The notes under the pieces were generated by a model that saw nothing but the letters and a program-made list of their open reading frames with translations, ran no database searches and was not told the DNA's origin. This document shows, one piece after another, positions 28,958 to 39,056 of a DNA stretch of 64,000 bases. The DNA comes from Planctomycetota bacterium (GTDB taxonomy: Bacteria; Planctomycetota; UBA1135; UBA2386): the NCBI GenBank assembly GCA_046290465.1, contig JBKAGP010000001.1, positions 6,048,001-6,112,000 on the forward strand. The letters are read 5' to 3'. The translations under genes were made by a program, and so were the position numbers. The stretch's first letter is position 1; every line of letters begins with the position of its first letter.

Positions 28958-29572
28958 TCACTTGAGCCACGAGATGTCCCAGACGAAGTCGTCGCCCTTG
29001 TCCATCACGGTGCGCGCCGGCAGCAGCAGGATCGCCTTGTCGCCGTCGCGGTCCGCGGTCACGCCGCGGCCGGTCGGCAGCACGCCGGACGAGATCACCT
29101 TGCCGGGCGTCTCGACCTCGAGGCGCAGCACGTCGCCGATCTCATGCGTTCGCCCGGTCGGATCGTAGGCCTTGGCGAGCTTCGCCCGGGTCGCCCGGTC
29201 GGGGGTCAGCAGCCGGACCCAGCGGGTGCCCTCGCCGCGCTGGATCACGACGCGCAGGCCGGGGCGGTCGCTGTCGAGCTGGGGCGCAAACGTGATCTCG
29301 CCGTCGGCCAGGTCCAGGGCGCCGATGTCGGCGAACGTGCCCTGGCTCGAGACCAGCCCGGCGTGCACGTTCCACTTGCCGCCCTGCAGGCGCCTGGCGG
29401 CATCGGGGGCCTCGCGGACCGGGGCCAGCGAGCGCAGCGTGACGGTTCCGGAGCCGTCCGCGGCGAGGTCGACGTGCATGCCGACGAGCTCGCCGCCGCC
29501 GCACGAGCACAGGGCCAGCAGGGCGGTCAGCAGCAGGAAGGACAGGGAAGCAGGGGGGCGCATCGGGGTCAC
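28958..29572 (-). CDS. Hypothetical lipoprotein
   Basis: Hydrophobic N-terminus with LCSCGGG; beta-rich body ending in W. Confidence 0.65.
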   Translation of the reverse strand: MTPMRPPASLSFLLLTALLALCSCGGGELVGMHVDLAADGSGTVTLRSLAPVREAPDAARRLQGGKWNVHAGLVSSQGTFADIGALDLADGEITFAPQLDSDRPGLRVVIQRGEGTRWVRLLTPDRATRAKLAKAYDPTGRTHEIGDVLRLEVETPGKVISSGVLPTGRGVTADRDGDKAILLLPARTVMDKGDDFVWDISWLK

Positions 29573-29682
29573 TCGCTCGTTTGGCTTGGGGAATTGCGGG
29601 GCCGCGCAGATTTTTTCTGCGAGCCGGATCTCTTGTCAGCCGCTCCGTTGGGGTCGGACGGCATCCGCCCACACCATGGGAT

Positions 29683-29775
29683 GTGGAGGTGGGTGGTCGG
29701 TGGGGGTGAGTGGTGGGTGGGGGTGGTCTGGAGGTGGTGGCGCGTGGTTGACAGTGGGTGAAGCGTTGGTAGATT
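29683..29775 (+). promoter_or_regulatory. mraZ promoter with phased GTGG repeats (putative MraZ operator)
   Basis: TTGACA 29748-53 and TGG-TAGATT 29767-75 (16-bp spacer); GTGG at 29683, 29693, 29713, 29723, 29734, 29744, 29754. Confidence 0.75.
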
Positions 29776-29818
29776 CCATCGTGACAAGGGCGCGGGTTGT
29801 GTCCAGGTCACGGCGACG

Positions 29819-30292
29819 ATGGCCACCTACTTTGGCAGTTCGGAACACGGCATCGATGACAAGGGCAGGCTCACCCTGCCCGCGCGCATCCTTGACGAGC
29901 TCCCGAAGAGCCAATGGAAGTTCCATCTGACCGCTGGTCTGGATCGCTGCCTGCTCCTGCACGATGCCGAAGGGTTTCAAGAACTCGTCGACCAGATCGG
30001 TCGGGCCGTACCTGGCAGCCGGGCTCACCGGGCGCTGTGTCGGCGGTTCCTGGGTCACTCCGAGGCGGTCGTGCCTGACGGCAACCGGCGCATCCGTGTG
30101 CCCGAGCCGTTGCTCAAGTATGCGGGACTCGCTGCAAGCAAGCCCGTCGTCCTGGTAGGCACCGGCCGGGTCTGTGAACTCTGGTCGCCGTCGCAGCTGG
30201 ACGTCGCGCTCGCCGAAGCGAGCCCCGAGGAAGAGCAGCTCTTTTCCAGTCTGGTCGGTCCTGCCACACCATCGGCGCCCGCGGATTCGTAG
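29819..30292 (+). CDS. mraZ: Division/cell wall cluster transcriptional repressor MraZ
   Basis: IDDKGRLTLP and DGNRRIRVP AbrB-like repeats; first gene of the dcw cluster. Confidence 0.9.
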   Translation: MATYFGSSEHGIDDKGRLTLPARILDELPKSQWKFHLTAGLDRCLLLHDAEGFQELVDQIGRAVPGSRAHRALCRRFLGHSEAVVPDGNRRIRVPEPLLKYAGLAASKPVVLVGTGRVCELWSPSQLDVALAEASPEEEQLFSSLVGPATPSAPADS

Positions 30293-30407
30293 TGACGAGC
30301 TTCGTCGCACGACTCCACGACAGGCAACGTGGTGAGGCGTGTCCTTGCACCCTCGGTCAGGGTGCGCGTTCGGCGACTGCTGTCGGGTGGTCAAGGGATG
30401 TAGCGCA

Positions 30408-31355
30408 TTGAATGCGGACACGCAGAGTAACGGCGGTGATGGGCACGGGAACAGGCATTCCGTGCACTTGCCGGTGTTGTTCGAACAGACGTTGACGATC
30501 CTCGATCTCCGCTCCGGACTCGTGGTCGTCGATGGAACGGTCGGGGCCGGTGGTCACGCGACAGGCATCGCGAAGGCCATCGGTCCGGACGGTTGTGTGG
30601 TAGGGCTCGATCGTGACGGGGAGATCCTGGCCGTGGCGCAGGAGGCTTTGGCAGCTGCCAAGGACACCGGCGCCGCGGCCAGTTTCTCCCTGCACCACTC
30701 ACCTCACGCCAACCTGCGCGAGGTCCTGGCAGGAATCGGTCAGTCCTGCTGCGACCGCGTGCTCCTCGACATCGGCGTCAGTTCTCTCCAGTTGGACCGA
30801 CCCGAAAGAGGGTTCTCGTTCATGGCCGACGGGCCACTAGACATGCGCATGGACGCCACGGCGAAGCTCACTGCCGAGCAGTGGCTCCACAAGGTGCCGG
30901 AGCAGCAGCTGGCGGACACGCTCTACCAGCTGGGCGAAGAACGGCACAGCCGCCGGATCGCTCGTCGCATCGTCGAGGAGCGCCGCCGCCGGCGGATCAC
31001 GCGGACCGGCCAGCTCGCCGAGCTGGTGGTCTCGGCGATGCCGGCGCCGGCGCGCAAGGGGCGCATCCACGCGGCGACGCGCACGTTCCAGGCGATCCGC
31101 ATGGCGGTCAACGACGAGCTCGGCGCGCTCGAGCGCGGCATGCAGGCGGCGGTCGACTGCCTGCGCCCGGGGGGTCGCCTGGCCGTCATCTCCTTCCACT
31201 CGATCGAGGATCGCGTCGTCAAGCACTTCGTGCGCGAGCACCTCGACGTCGTCACCAAGAAGCCGATCACCGCGACGCCCGCCGAGGCCAGGCAGAACCC
31301 TCGCGCGCGCAGTGCCAAGCTTCGTTGCGGGATCAAGTCGGAGGCGCAGGCATGA
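30408..31355 (+). CDS. rsmH: 16S rRNA m4C1402 methyltransferase
   Basis: HLPVL, VDGTVGAGGH, DIGVSSLQLD..ERGFSF, PLDMRM, TFQAIR, ISFHSIEDR, NPRARSAKLR; TTG start approximate. Confidence 0.95.
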   Translation: MNADTQSNGGDGHGNRHSVHLPVLFEQTLTILDLRSGLVVVDGTVGAGGHATGIAKAIGPDGCVVGLDRDGEILAVAQEALAAAKDTGAAASFSLHHSPHANLREVLAGIGQSCCDRVLLDIGVSSLQLDRPERGFSFMADGPLDMRMDATAKLTAEQWLHKVPEQQLADTLYQLGEERHSRRIARRIVEERRRRRITRTGQLAELVVSAMPAPARKGRIHAATRTFQAIRMAVNDELGALERGMQAAVDCLRPGGRLAVISFHSIEDRVVKHFVREHLDVVTKKPITATPAEARQNPRARSAKLRCGIKSEAQA

Positions 31356-31606
31356 GGTGGTTGATCGCGGGATTGTTGTTCGCGCTGGCGGTGACGCTGG
31401 CGATCGGCACGGCGGCGCTGCGCGCCGAGAACGTCGGCAAGCGCCGTGAGCTCGAGCAGGGCTACCGGGCGGTCTGGGACCGCATCGTCGAGTTCAAGCG
31501 GATCCGGGTCGAGCAGCTCGAGTCGGTGTCGCCCGAGAAGCTGGCCGAACTGCACTGGCAGTGGCTGCATCGCGAGGGCGCCCGGCGCCAGGAGCGGCTG
31601 CAGTGA
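31352..31606 (+). CDS. ftsL: FtsL-like small bitopic coiled-coil protein
   Basis: Coupled overlaps with rsmH and ftsI; TM followed by heptad-like region; assigned mainly by position. Confidence 0.6.
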   Translation: MRWLIAGLLFALAVTLAIGTAALRAENVGKRRELEQGYRAVWDRIVEFKRIRVEQLESVSPEKLAELHWQWLHREGARRQERLQ

Positions 31607-33678
31607 AGGCCGGCGAGCTGCTGCGGGTGCGCGTCGCGTTCGGCGCGCTCGGCGCGGTGCCGGTGTTCCTGGCAGGCTGGCTCGGCTATGTGCAGGTCGC
31701 CCAGGCCGGCGAACTCGAGGACCGCAGCGGCCAGCCGCTGCCGCTGGTCGCCGCGACCGCCGACCAGCAGGCCTGGCGCAGGGAGACCGTGCCGGCGCCG
31801 CGCGGCACGATCCTCGACCGCAGCGGCGCGACGCTGGCCGCCGACTGCGAGACCTACGAGGTGCGCATGCGCATCTCGGTGCCGCGCACCAAGCGCGACG
31901 ACCTGACGCTGTTCCGGCCGTGGCTCGAGCAGCTCGCCGACCGGCTCGCGATGGCGCTGGTCGCCGATCCGGAGATTGCCGACCGCAGCGCGACCTACGC
32001 GCGCCACCGCCAGCGCCTGCGCGGCGTGCTGTGGCGCGAGTGGCAGGTCGATCGCCTGCCGGGCGCCGGCACCTGGCCCGACGGCCACCCGCGCGCGATC
32101 GACGTGCTGGTCGGCGGCGGCATCGACCGGCTGCAGGTCATCGACGCGCTGCGCGCCTACCACAAGAGCAAGGCCTACCCGACGCTGTTCCTGCACCTGC
32201 TGCACTCGTTCCGCCGGGTCTACCCCGAGCGCGAGCTGACCTACGGCATCGTCGGCCACACCGATTCGTACTTCGCCAACGTCGCCGGCCACAAGCAGCT
32301 GCACACGTTCGGCGTCTGCGGTCTCGAGTCGTTCGCGGCGCTGAGCCCGGACTCGCCCGAGGTGCGTCGCTTCCGCGCCGACGGTCGCTACCGACCGTAC
32401 TTCGTCGCGCCGATCGAGAACCCGCCCGAGGCGGCCCAGCTGCACAGCACGCTCGACCTCGAGCTGCAGCGTGCCTGCGTCAACCTGCTGGCGCAGCAGT
32501 GCGAGGACGGCCTGCGCCACGACGCCGACAAGAAGGCCAACTGGGGCGCGATGGTGCTGGTCGAGATCGCGACCGGCGACGTGCTGGCCGCGTCGTCGTG
32601 GCACCGCGGCGACCTGCACCCGAAGGCAACCTCGTTCACGCCCTACCAGAACCGCTTCGAGCCCGGTTCGATCGTCAAGCCGCTGGTGCTCGCGTACGCG
32701 CTCGAGGCCAACGCGGTGCGCTGGGACGATGTGTTCGACTGCAACCCGCACCACGCCATGTACCGCGACGTCATCCGCGGGCTCGGCCGGCGCAAGCCGG
32801 TGCGCGACGACCACGACTGCGAACGGTTGACGCCGCACGGCATCCTGTTGAACAGTTCCAACATCGGCGCGGCGATGGTCGGGCTGCGGCTGTCGCGCGA
32901 GCAGTGGCAGGACTACATGCGCGTCTACGGCTGGGGCACGTCGCTCGGGCTGCGGCTGCCGCAGGAGTCGCTCGGCGGCCACCACCCGCGCTCGTTCGCG
33001 GCGGACATCCCGCTGCGCGGCTTCCGCGCCAACAGCGCGATCTCGTTCAGCTTCGGCTACGAGATGGAAGCGACCGCGATGCAGGTCGCGCGCGCCTACC
33101 TGCGCATGCTGGGCGGCATCGACGCCGAACTGCGCGTCGTGCGCGGCGTCGAGATCGACGGCGAGTGGCACGCAGCGCCGCGGCCGCGCGGTCCGGGGCG
33201 CCAGTTCCGGCCCGAGGTGCGCAGCAACATCCTCGCCGCGATGCGGGACGTTGTGAGCAACAACCAAGGTGCGACCGGTCGCGTGCTGCACGGCAACTTC
33301 CAGAAGGAAGGCATCGAGCTGCACCGCCTGGTCGGCGGCAAGACGGGCACGGCGGTCAGTTCCGTCGGCCTGGCGAACGGGCAGAAGGCGAGCGTGCGCA
33401 ACGCGAGCTTCGTCGGCGTGCTGCCGGCGGAGGATCCGAAGTGGCTCGCGGTGTGTGTTCTGCAGAAAGACGGACGTGCGCGGTTCTACGGCGGCAGCTA
33501 TGCTGCGCCACCAGCAGTGCGGTTGTTGCTCCGGTGCCACGAGCTCCGCGAGCGCGACGCGCTGCGCCAGGAGCCGCGAGGTGGTTCGGGTGGTCAGACC
33601 CGGATGGGACTTCAAACTCCTGATCAATCAGGCTGGAACACGTCGGCGGGGGCCGACGACTCCAGAGAGACTCGGTAG
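31603..33678 (+). CDS. ftsI: Class B penicillin-binding protein (FtsI-like)
   Basis: PRGTILDRSG, RVYP, STLDLELQ, SxxK (PGSIVKP), SxN (SSNIG), KTG (GGKTGTA). Confidence 0.9.
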   Translation: MKAGELLRVRVAFGALGAVPVFLAGWLGYVQVAQAGELEDRSGQPLPLVAATADQQAWRRETVPAPRGTILDRSGATLAADCETYEVRMRISVPRTKRDDLTLFRPWLEQLADRLAMALVADPEIADRSATYARHRQRLRGVLWREWQVDRLPGAGTWPDGHPRAIDVLVGGGIDRLQVIDALRAYHKSKAYPTLFLHLLHSFRRVYPERELTYGIVGHTDSYFANVAGHKQLHTFGVCGLESFAALSPDSPEVRRFRADGRYRPYFVAPIENPPEAAQLHSTLDLELQRACVNLLAQQCEDGLRHDADKKANWGAMVLVEIATGDVLAASSWHRGDLHPKATSFTPYQNRFEPGSIVKPLVLAYALEANAVRWDDVFDCNPHHAMYRDVIRGLGRRKPVRDDHDCERLTPHGILLNSSNIGAAMVGLRLSREQWQDYMRVYGWGTSLGLRLPQESLGGHHPRSFAADIPLRGFRANSAISFSFGYEMEATAMQVARAYLRMLGGIDAELRVVRGVEIDGEWHAAPRPRGPGRQFRPEVRSNILAAMRDVVSNNQGATGRVLHGNFQKEGIELHRLVGGKTGTAVSSVGLANGQKASVRNASFVGVLPAEDPKWLAVCVLQKDGRARFYGGSYAAPPAVRLLLRCHELRERDALRQEPRGGSGGQTRMGLQTPDQSGWNTSAGADDSRETR

Positions 33679-33686
33679 GGCGGTTC

Positions 33687-35228
33687 ATGACTGACTTGGC
33701 TTTCCCGTCCGGACTGCCGTCCGGACAGGGCTTCGTGCGCTTGCGAGAACTCCGCGACTGCTTGCAGCCGCGCGAGGTGGTGCACTGGCGTGACCTGGCG
33801 GTGGACGGGTTGGCGTTCCACTCGGCCGAGGTGCGTCCCGGCAACCTGTTCTTCGCGATCCGCGGCGCCAAGAGCGACGGCACCGCGTTCGCGCAGCAGG
33901 CGATCGCGCGCGGCGCGGTCGCGGTCGTCGCCGAAGAACCGCTGTCGCTGCCGGTGCCGGTGCTGGTCGTCGACAACTGCCGCGAGGCGCTGGCCGACGC
34001 GGCGCGCTTCTACTACCGCGAGCCGTCGAAGGCGATCTCGGTCGTCGGCGTCACCGGCACCAACGGCAAGACCACGGTCGCGCACCTGATCCGCGCGTGC
34101 CTGCAGGCGGACCGCCGGCAGGTCGGCCTGATCGGCACGATCGCCTACGAGTTCGGCGGCCGGCGGATCCCGGCGGCCAACACCACGCCCGACCCGGTGC
34201 GCATCCACGGCTACCTGCGCGAGATGGCGGACCGCTTCGCCAGCGCGTGCGTGATGGAGGTGTCGAGCCACAGCCTCGACCAGGACCGCGTGCGCGGCGT
34301 GCAGTTCGCGGTCGGGGTGTTCACCAACCTGTCGCAGGACCACCTCGACTACCACGGCGACATGAACGCCTACCGCGCCGCCAAGGCGCGGCTGTTCCAG
34401 GCGCTCAAGCCGGGGGCCACCGCGGTGCTCAACCGCGACGATCCGGCGGCGCACGCGATGGCCGACGAGCTCGAGAACGGCGTGCACGTGCTGTGGTACG
34501 GCACGTCGCCGGAGGCCGACATCCGCGCCGAGAACATCGAGCCCGGCCCGGACGGCACGCGGCTGCGCATCGTGATGCCGAACGGCGCCGTCGAGCTGTT
34601 CCTGCCGATCGTCGGCGCGCACAACATCGAGAACGCGCTGGCCGCGGCGGCGTCGGCGCTGGCGCTCGGCGCGAGCGAGCTGACGGTCGCGTCCGCGCTC
34701 GAGGACGTGCGTCCGGTGCCCGGCCGCCTCGAACTGGTCGAGGCTCCCGGTGGTGCCGCGCGCAGCGAGCGCGTGCGCACGTTCGTCGACTACGCGCACA
34801 CGCCGGACGCGCTCGACAAGGTCTGCGCGACGCTGGCCGGGGTCTGCGAGGGCGACCTGCACGTCGTGTTCGGCTGCGGTGGCGACCGCGATCGCAGCAA
34901 GCGTGCGCCGATGGCGGCCGCCGTCGCGCGGCACGCGCAGTTTGCGTACCTGACCAGCGACAACCCGCGCAGCGAGGATCCCGAGCAGATCATCCGCGAC
35001 ATGGTCGCGGGGCTCGACGGCGCCGACTGCGACTCGTTCGAGGTGGTCGACCGCGGCGAGGCGATCCGCCTCGCGGTGCAGCGCGCCCGGCCGGGCGACA
35101 CGGTGCTGGTCGCCGGCAAGGGGCACGAGACCTACCAGGTGTTCAAGGACAGCGTGGTGCCGTTCGACGACCGGCTCGAGGCGGGCCGGGCGCTGGCGGC
35201 GAGGGGGGCAGGATGGTTGCACCGATGA
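33687..35228 (+). CDS. murE: UDP-MurNAc-dipeptide ligase MurE (meso-DAP type)
   Basis: GVTGTNGKTT, NTTPD, MEVSSH, FTNLSQDHLDYH, VDYAHTPD, DNPR specificity motif, AGKGHE. Confidence 0.96.
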   Translation: MTDLAFPSGLPSGQGFVRLRELRDCLQPREVVHWRDLAVDGLAFHSAEVRPGNLFFAIRGAKSDGTAFAQQAIARGAVAVVAEEPLSLPVPVLVVDNCREALADAARFYYREPSKAISVVGVTGTNGKTTVAHLIRACLQADRRQVGLIGTIAYEFGGRRIPAANTTPDPVRIHGYLREMADRFASACVMEVSSHSLDQDRVRGVQFAVGVFTNLSQDHLDYHGDMNAYRAAKARLFQALKPGATAVLNRDDPAAHAMADELENGVHVLWYGTSPEADIRAENIEPGPDGTRLRIVMPNGAVELFLPIVGAHNIENALAAAASALALGASELTVASALEDVRPVPGRLELVEAPGGAARSERVRTFVDYAHTPDALDKVCATLAGVCEGDLHVVFGCGGDRDRSKRAPMAAAVARHAQFAYLTSDNPRSEDPEQIIRDMVAGLDGADCDSFEVVDRGEAIRLAVQRARPGDTVLVAGKGHETYQVFKDSVVPFDDRLEAGRALAARGAGWLHR

Positions 35229-36757
35229 ACGACGCGAGCGCAGTGCGCTCTACGGCAGCGAGCTCGACGGCATCTGACTCGACGGCGATGACCTCGACGG
35301 GGCCCGCCCGTTCGCGCGGCAAGCGCGGCTGGTTCACGGCGCGCTCGGTCGCCAAGGCGACCGGTGGCGAGGTCGTGCAGGGTGGCCCGACCGGCCAGGG
35401 GGTGACGACCGACACGCGTGTCGACGGCACCGGGCTGGTGTTCGTCGCACTGCGCGGCGAACGCCACGACAGCCACGACTACCTCGACCAGGCGATCGCG
35501 CAGGGCTGCGTCGGCCTGGTCGTCGACCGCGACGTCGACCTGTCGCGCATCCTGCGGGAGGCCAAGCTGACCCGCGCGCGCGAGCCGTTCGTCGTCAAGG
35601 TCGCGGACACCGGCCGCGCGCTGCTCGACCTCGCCAGGGAGCACCGTCGCCGTAGCCGCGCCAAGGTCGTCGGCATCACCGGCTCGTGCGGCAAGACCTC
35701 GACCAAGGAGTGGCTCGGCGCCGTGCTCGCGTCGGCGATGCCGGCGGTGCGTTCGCCCGGGTCCTACAACAACCAGGTCGGCGTGCCGCTGACGTTGTTC
35801 CAGCTGCAGGACGAGACCCGCGCGGCGGTCGTCGAGATCGGCACCAACGCGCCCGGGGAGATCGCCGATCTGACCGACGTGGTGCGGCCGGACATCGGCA
35901 TCGTCACCTGCGTCGCGCCGGCGCACCTCGAAGGCCTCGGGTCGCTCGAAGGCGTGGCGCGCGAGAAGTCGTGCCTGCCGCAGGGCCTGCCCGAGGACGG
36001 CCTGTGCATCCTCAACGGCGACGACGCGGCCTGCCGCGCGATGGCCGAACTGACCAAGGCGCGCGTCGAGCTGATCAGCGTGCACCGCAAGGCCGACTGG
36101 TATGCGACCGACGTGCGCTTCCACGCGCTCGGCACGACGTTCCTGCTGCAGGGGGAGCGGCCGGTGACGCTGCCGCGACTCGGCACCCACAACGTCTACA
36201 ACGCGCTCGCCGTGATCGCCGCGGCGCACCACCTCGGCGTGCCGGAGGACGAGGTGCTGCGGCAGCTCGCCGGCGTGCCGTCGGCGGCGCGCCGCCTCGA
36301 GCCGAAGCACGCCGGCGGCGTGACGATCTTCGACGACACCTACAACATGAACCCCGAGTCGGCGCGTTCGGCGCTGCAGGCCATGGCCGGACTGCAGGCC
36401 GACGGCGGCCGCGGCATCGCGGTGTTCGGCGGCATGGCGGAGCTCGGCGCCGACAGCGTCGCGCTGCACCAGAAGCTCGGCGAGCAGGTCGTGCAGAGCG
36501 GCCAGGATCGGCTGGTCTGCGTCGGCGCCGACGCGCGCGCGATCGCCGACGGTGCGGTCGCCGCCGGCATGCCCGGCGACGCGGTGCACTGCGTCGACGA
36601 CGTCAGCGGCGCCCACGGCCTGCTGCGCGGCATGCTGCGCAGCGGCGACCGGGTGCTGTGCAAGGCGTCGCGCAGGGTGCAGCTCGAACGGCTCGTCGAC
36701 CGCCTGGTCGGGGATCTCGGTCCGTCGGCCGACGCCGCGGAGGTGCACGGCGGATGA
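35225..36757 (+). CDS. murF: UDP-MurNAc-tripeptide--D-Ala-D-Ala ligase
   Basis: TDTR, GITGSCGKTSTKE, NNQVGVPLTL, DDTYNMNP, MAELG, KASR. Confidence 0.95.
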   Translation: MNDASAVRSTAASSTASDSTAMTSTGPARSRGKRGWFTARSVAKATGGEVVQGGPTGQGVTTDTRVDGTGLVFVALRGERHDSHDYLDQAIAQGCVGLVVDRDVDLSRILREAKLTRAREPFVVKVADTGRALLDLAREHRRRSRAKVVGITGSCGKTSTKEWLGAVLASAMPAVRSPGSYNNQVGVPLTLFQLQDETRAAVVEIGTNAPGEIADLTDVVRPDIGIVTCVAPAHLEGLGSLEGVAREKSCLPQGLPEDGLCILNGDDAACRAMAELTKARVELISVHRKADWYATDVRFHALGTTFLLQGERPVTLPRLGTHNVYNALAVIAAAHHLGVPEDEVLRQLAGVPSAARRLEPKHAGGVTIFDDTYNMNPESARSALQAMAGLQADGGRGIAVFGGMAELGADSVALHQKLGEQVVQSGQDRLVCVGADARAIADGAVAAGMPGDAVHCVDDVSGAHGLLRGMLRSGDRVLCKASRRVQLERLVDRLVGDLGPSADAAEVHGG

Positions 36758-37884
36758 TCCACTGGCTGGCGCCCTACCTGTTCTCGGAGGACGTGTGCCG
36801 TCTGCTCGGCTACATCTCCGTGCGCGCAGGTGGCGCCGCCGTGACTGCGTTCCTGCTGGCGATCGTGCTCGGCCCGATGGTGATCCGCTGGCTGCAGCGG
36901 CAGGGCATGCGCGAGCGCATCGACAGCACCGGTTCGCAGAAGCTCGAAGAACTGCACAAGGACAAGGTCGGCACGCCGACCATGGGCGGCCTGTTCGTGG
37001 TCGGCTCGATCCTGCTGTCGGGCCTGCTGTGGATGCGCTTCGACGGCGTCAACCGGTTCTCGCTGCCCGGCCTCGTGCTGGTGCTCGGCTTCGCGCTGGT
37101 CGGCTTCTGGGACGACTGGACCAAGCTGCGGCAGGGGCTCAACGGCGAGAAGAAGCGCGGCATCAGCAAGCGCGAGAAGCAGGGGGCGCTGACCATTCTG
37201 GCGACGCTGGTCGGCTTCTGGCTGCTCGGTCCGGCGGCCCTGCAGGGCGAGCTGGGTGGCCCGCACCTGTACATCCCGTTCGTCAAGGACTTCGCCGTCG
37301 ACCTCAGCCTGTGGTGGGGCGTGCCGTTCCTGTTCGTCGCGGTGCTGGTGCTGACCGGCTCGGCCAACGCGGTCAACCTGACCGACGGCCTCGACGGGCT
37401 CGCGGCCGGCTGCATCGCGACGTCGGCGATCGCTTACGCGGCGATCACCTACGCGGTCGGCCGGGTCGACTGGGCCGAGTACCTGCTGGTGCCGCACGTC
37501 GGCGGCGCCGGCGAGATGGCCGTGCTGATGGCGGCGCTGCTCGGCGGCGCGCTCGGCTTCCTGTGGTTCAACGCGGCGCCGGCGATGGTCTTCATGGGCG
37601 ACGTCGGCAGCCTCGGCCTCGGCGGCGCGCTTGCGTACGCGGCGCTGATCAGCCGCACCGAACTGGTGCTGCTGGTGGTCGGCGGCGTGTTCGTCGCCGA
37701 AGCGCTGTCGGTGATCCTGCAGGTCGGCTCGTTCAAGCTGCGCGGCAAGCGTGTGTTCCGCTGCGCGCCGCTGCACCACCACTTCCAGTTCGGCGGCATG
37801 CCGGAGACGCGCGTCGTCGCGCGGACCTGGATCGTCTCCGCGTTGCTCGCGATGTGCAGCCTGGTGCTGTTCAAGGTGCGCTGA
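36754..37884 (+). CDS. mraY: Phospho-MurNAc-pentapeptide transferase
   Basis: GTPTMGG, GFWDD, NAVNLTDGLDGL, FMGDVGS, APLHHHF. Confidence 0.97.
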   Translation: MIHWLAPYLFSEDVCRLLGYISVRAGGAAVTAFLLAIVLGPMVIRWLQRQGMRERIDSTGSQKLEELHKDKVGTPTMGGLFVVGSILLSGLLWMRFDGVNRFSLPGLVLVLGFALVGFWDDWTKLRQGLNGEKKRGISKREKQGALTILATLVGFWLLGPAALQGELGGPHLYIPFVKDFAVDLSLWWGVPFLFVAVLVLTGSANAVNLTDGLDGLAAGCIATSAIAYAAITYAVGRVDWAEYLLVPHVGGAGEMAVLMAALLGGALGFLWFNAAPAMVFMGDVGSLGLGGALAYAALISRTELVLLVVGGVFVAEALSVILQVGSFKLRGKRVFRCAPLHHHFQFGGMPETRVVARTWIVSALLAMCSLVLFKVR

Positions 37885-37888
37885 TCCG

Positions 37889-39025
37889 ATGACGGCCGTT
37901 CCCCGCAACCGGCGAGAGCCGACCGAGAGCGTGCGCGAACTCGACTGGCTGATGCTGGTCGTGATGGCGCTCAGCTGCCTCGGCTTGGTGATGGCGGTTT
38001 CGGTGCTCGGTTCGCAGTCGGACGACGGCCCGCTGGTCGTGATGAAGAAGCAGGGCGTCAAGCTGCTGTTCGGCCTGGTCGCCTTCGTGGTCTGCGCGAT
38101 CACTCCGATGCGGCTGCTGCGCCGGGCGGCGATGCCGGTGTTCTTCGCGACCGTGGTGGCGTGCCTGCTGCCGCACGTCATGGGCGGCGACACCAAGGGC
38201 GCGTCGCGCTGGATCCGGTTCGGCGGGCAGCAGTTCCAGCCGGTCGAGCCGGCGCGGTTCTTCCTGGTGCTGGCGGTCAGCTGGCTGCTGGCGCGCGCCG
38301 GCAGCGGCCTGTCGAGCTTCCGGCGCGGCTTCCTGCCGGCGATGGGCTGCGCGATGCTGCTGGCCGGGGCACTCGCGACCCAGCCCGACAACGGCAACGC
38401 GCTGCTGGCGGTGATGCTCGCCAGCTGCCTGGCGCTGGTCGCCGGCGTGCGCGTGCTGCACTTCGCGCCGTTCGCCGGCGCGGGCCTGGCGCTGACGATG
38501 TTCGTCGCGACCCAGCACGAGTACGTGCGCCGCCGCATCGACCAGCTGTTCGACACGTCGCCCGATTCGCAGGTCGGCCTCGGCCTGATCGCGGTCGGTT
38601 CCGGCGGCGTGTTCGGCCGCGGCCTCGGGCAGGGCTGGATGAAGATGAACTACGTGCCGGAGGCGCACAACGACTTCGTGTTCGCGATCATCGCCGAGGA
38701 GTTCGGCTACCTCGGCTCGTTGTTCGTGCTCGGCGCCTACACCGCGTTCGGCTACCTGTGCTACCGATTGGTCGTGCAGGTGCGGGATCCGTTCCTGCGA
38801 TACGTCGTCTGTGGTTATGCTCTGATGATCTGCATGCAGGCTGCAGTCAACCTACTCGTGGTCAGCGGGTGGGCGCCTGCAAAGGGTATCGACCTGCCGT
38901 TCGTCTCGACGGGCGGCACGAGTCTCGTGTTTTGTCTGGCGGCAGTAGGCCTGATCGGGAACGCGGTGCGATCGGATCGCACCGGCGCGTTCTCGACCAG
39001 CGACGAAGCCGCGGTGGTTTCCTGA
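37889..39025 (+). CDS. ftsW: SEDS peptidoglycan polymerase FtsW
   Basis: GASRWI, FQPVE, QPD.G, GSGG.FGRG, PEAHNDF, LPFVSTGGTS. Confidence 0.92.
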   Translation: MTAVPRNRREPTESVRELDWLMLVVMALSCLGLVMAVSVLGSQSDDGPLVVMKKQGVKLLFGLVAFVVCAITPMRLLRRAAMPVFFATVVACLLPHVMGGDTKGASRWIRFGGQQFQPVEPARFFLVLAVSWLLARAGSGLSSFRRGFLPAMGCAMLLAGALATQPDNGNALLAVMLASCLALVAGVRVLHFAPFAGAGLALTMFVATQHEYVRRRIDQLFDTSPDSQVGLGLIAVGSGGVFGRGLGQGWMKMNYVPEAHNDFVFAIIAEEFGYLGSLFVLGAYTAFGYLCYRLVVQVRDPFLRYVVCGYALMICMQAAVNLLVVSGWAPAKGIDLPFVSTGGTSLVFCLAAVGLIGNAVRSDRTGAFSTSDEAAVVS

Positions 39026-39056
39026 TTCGGTTTTCCGAACGGTTCGGAGGGGTGTG

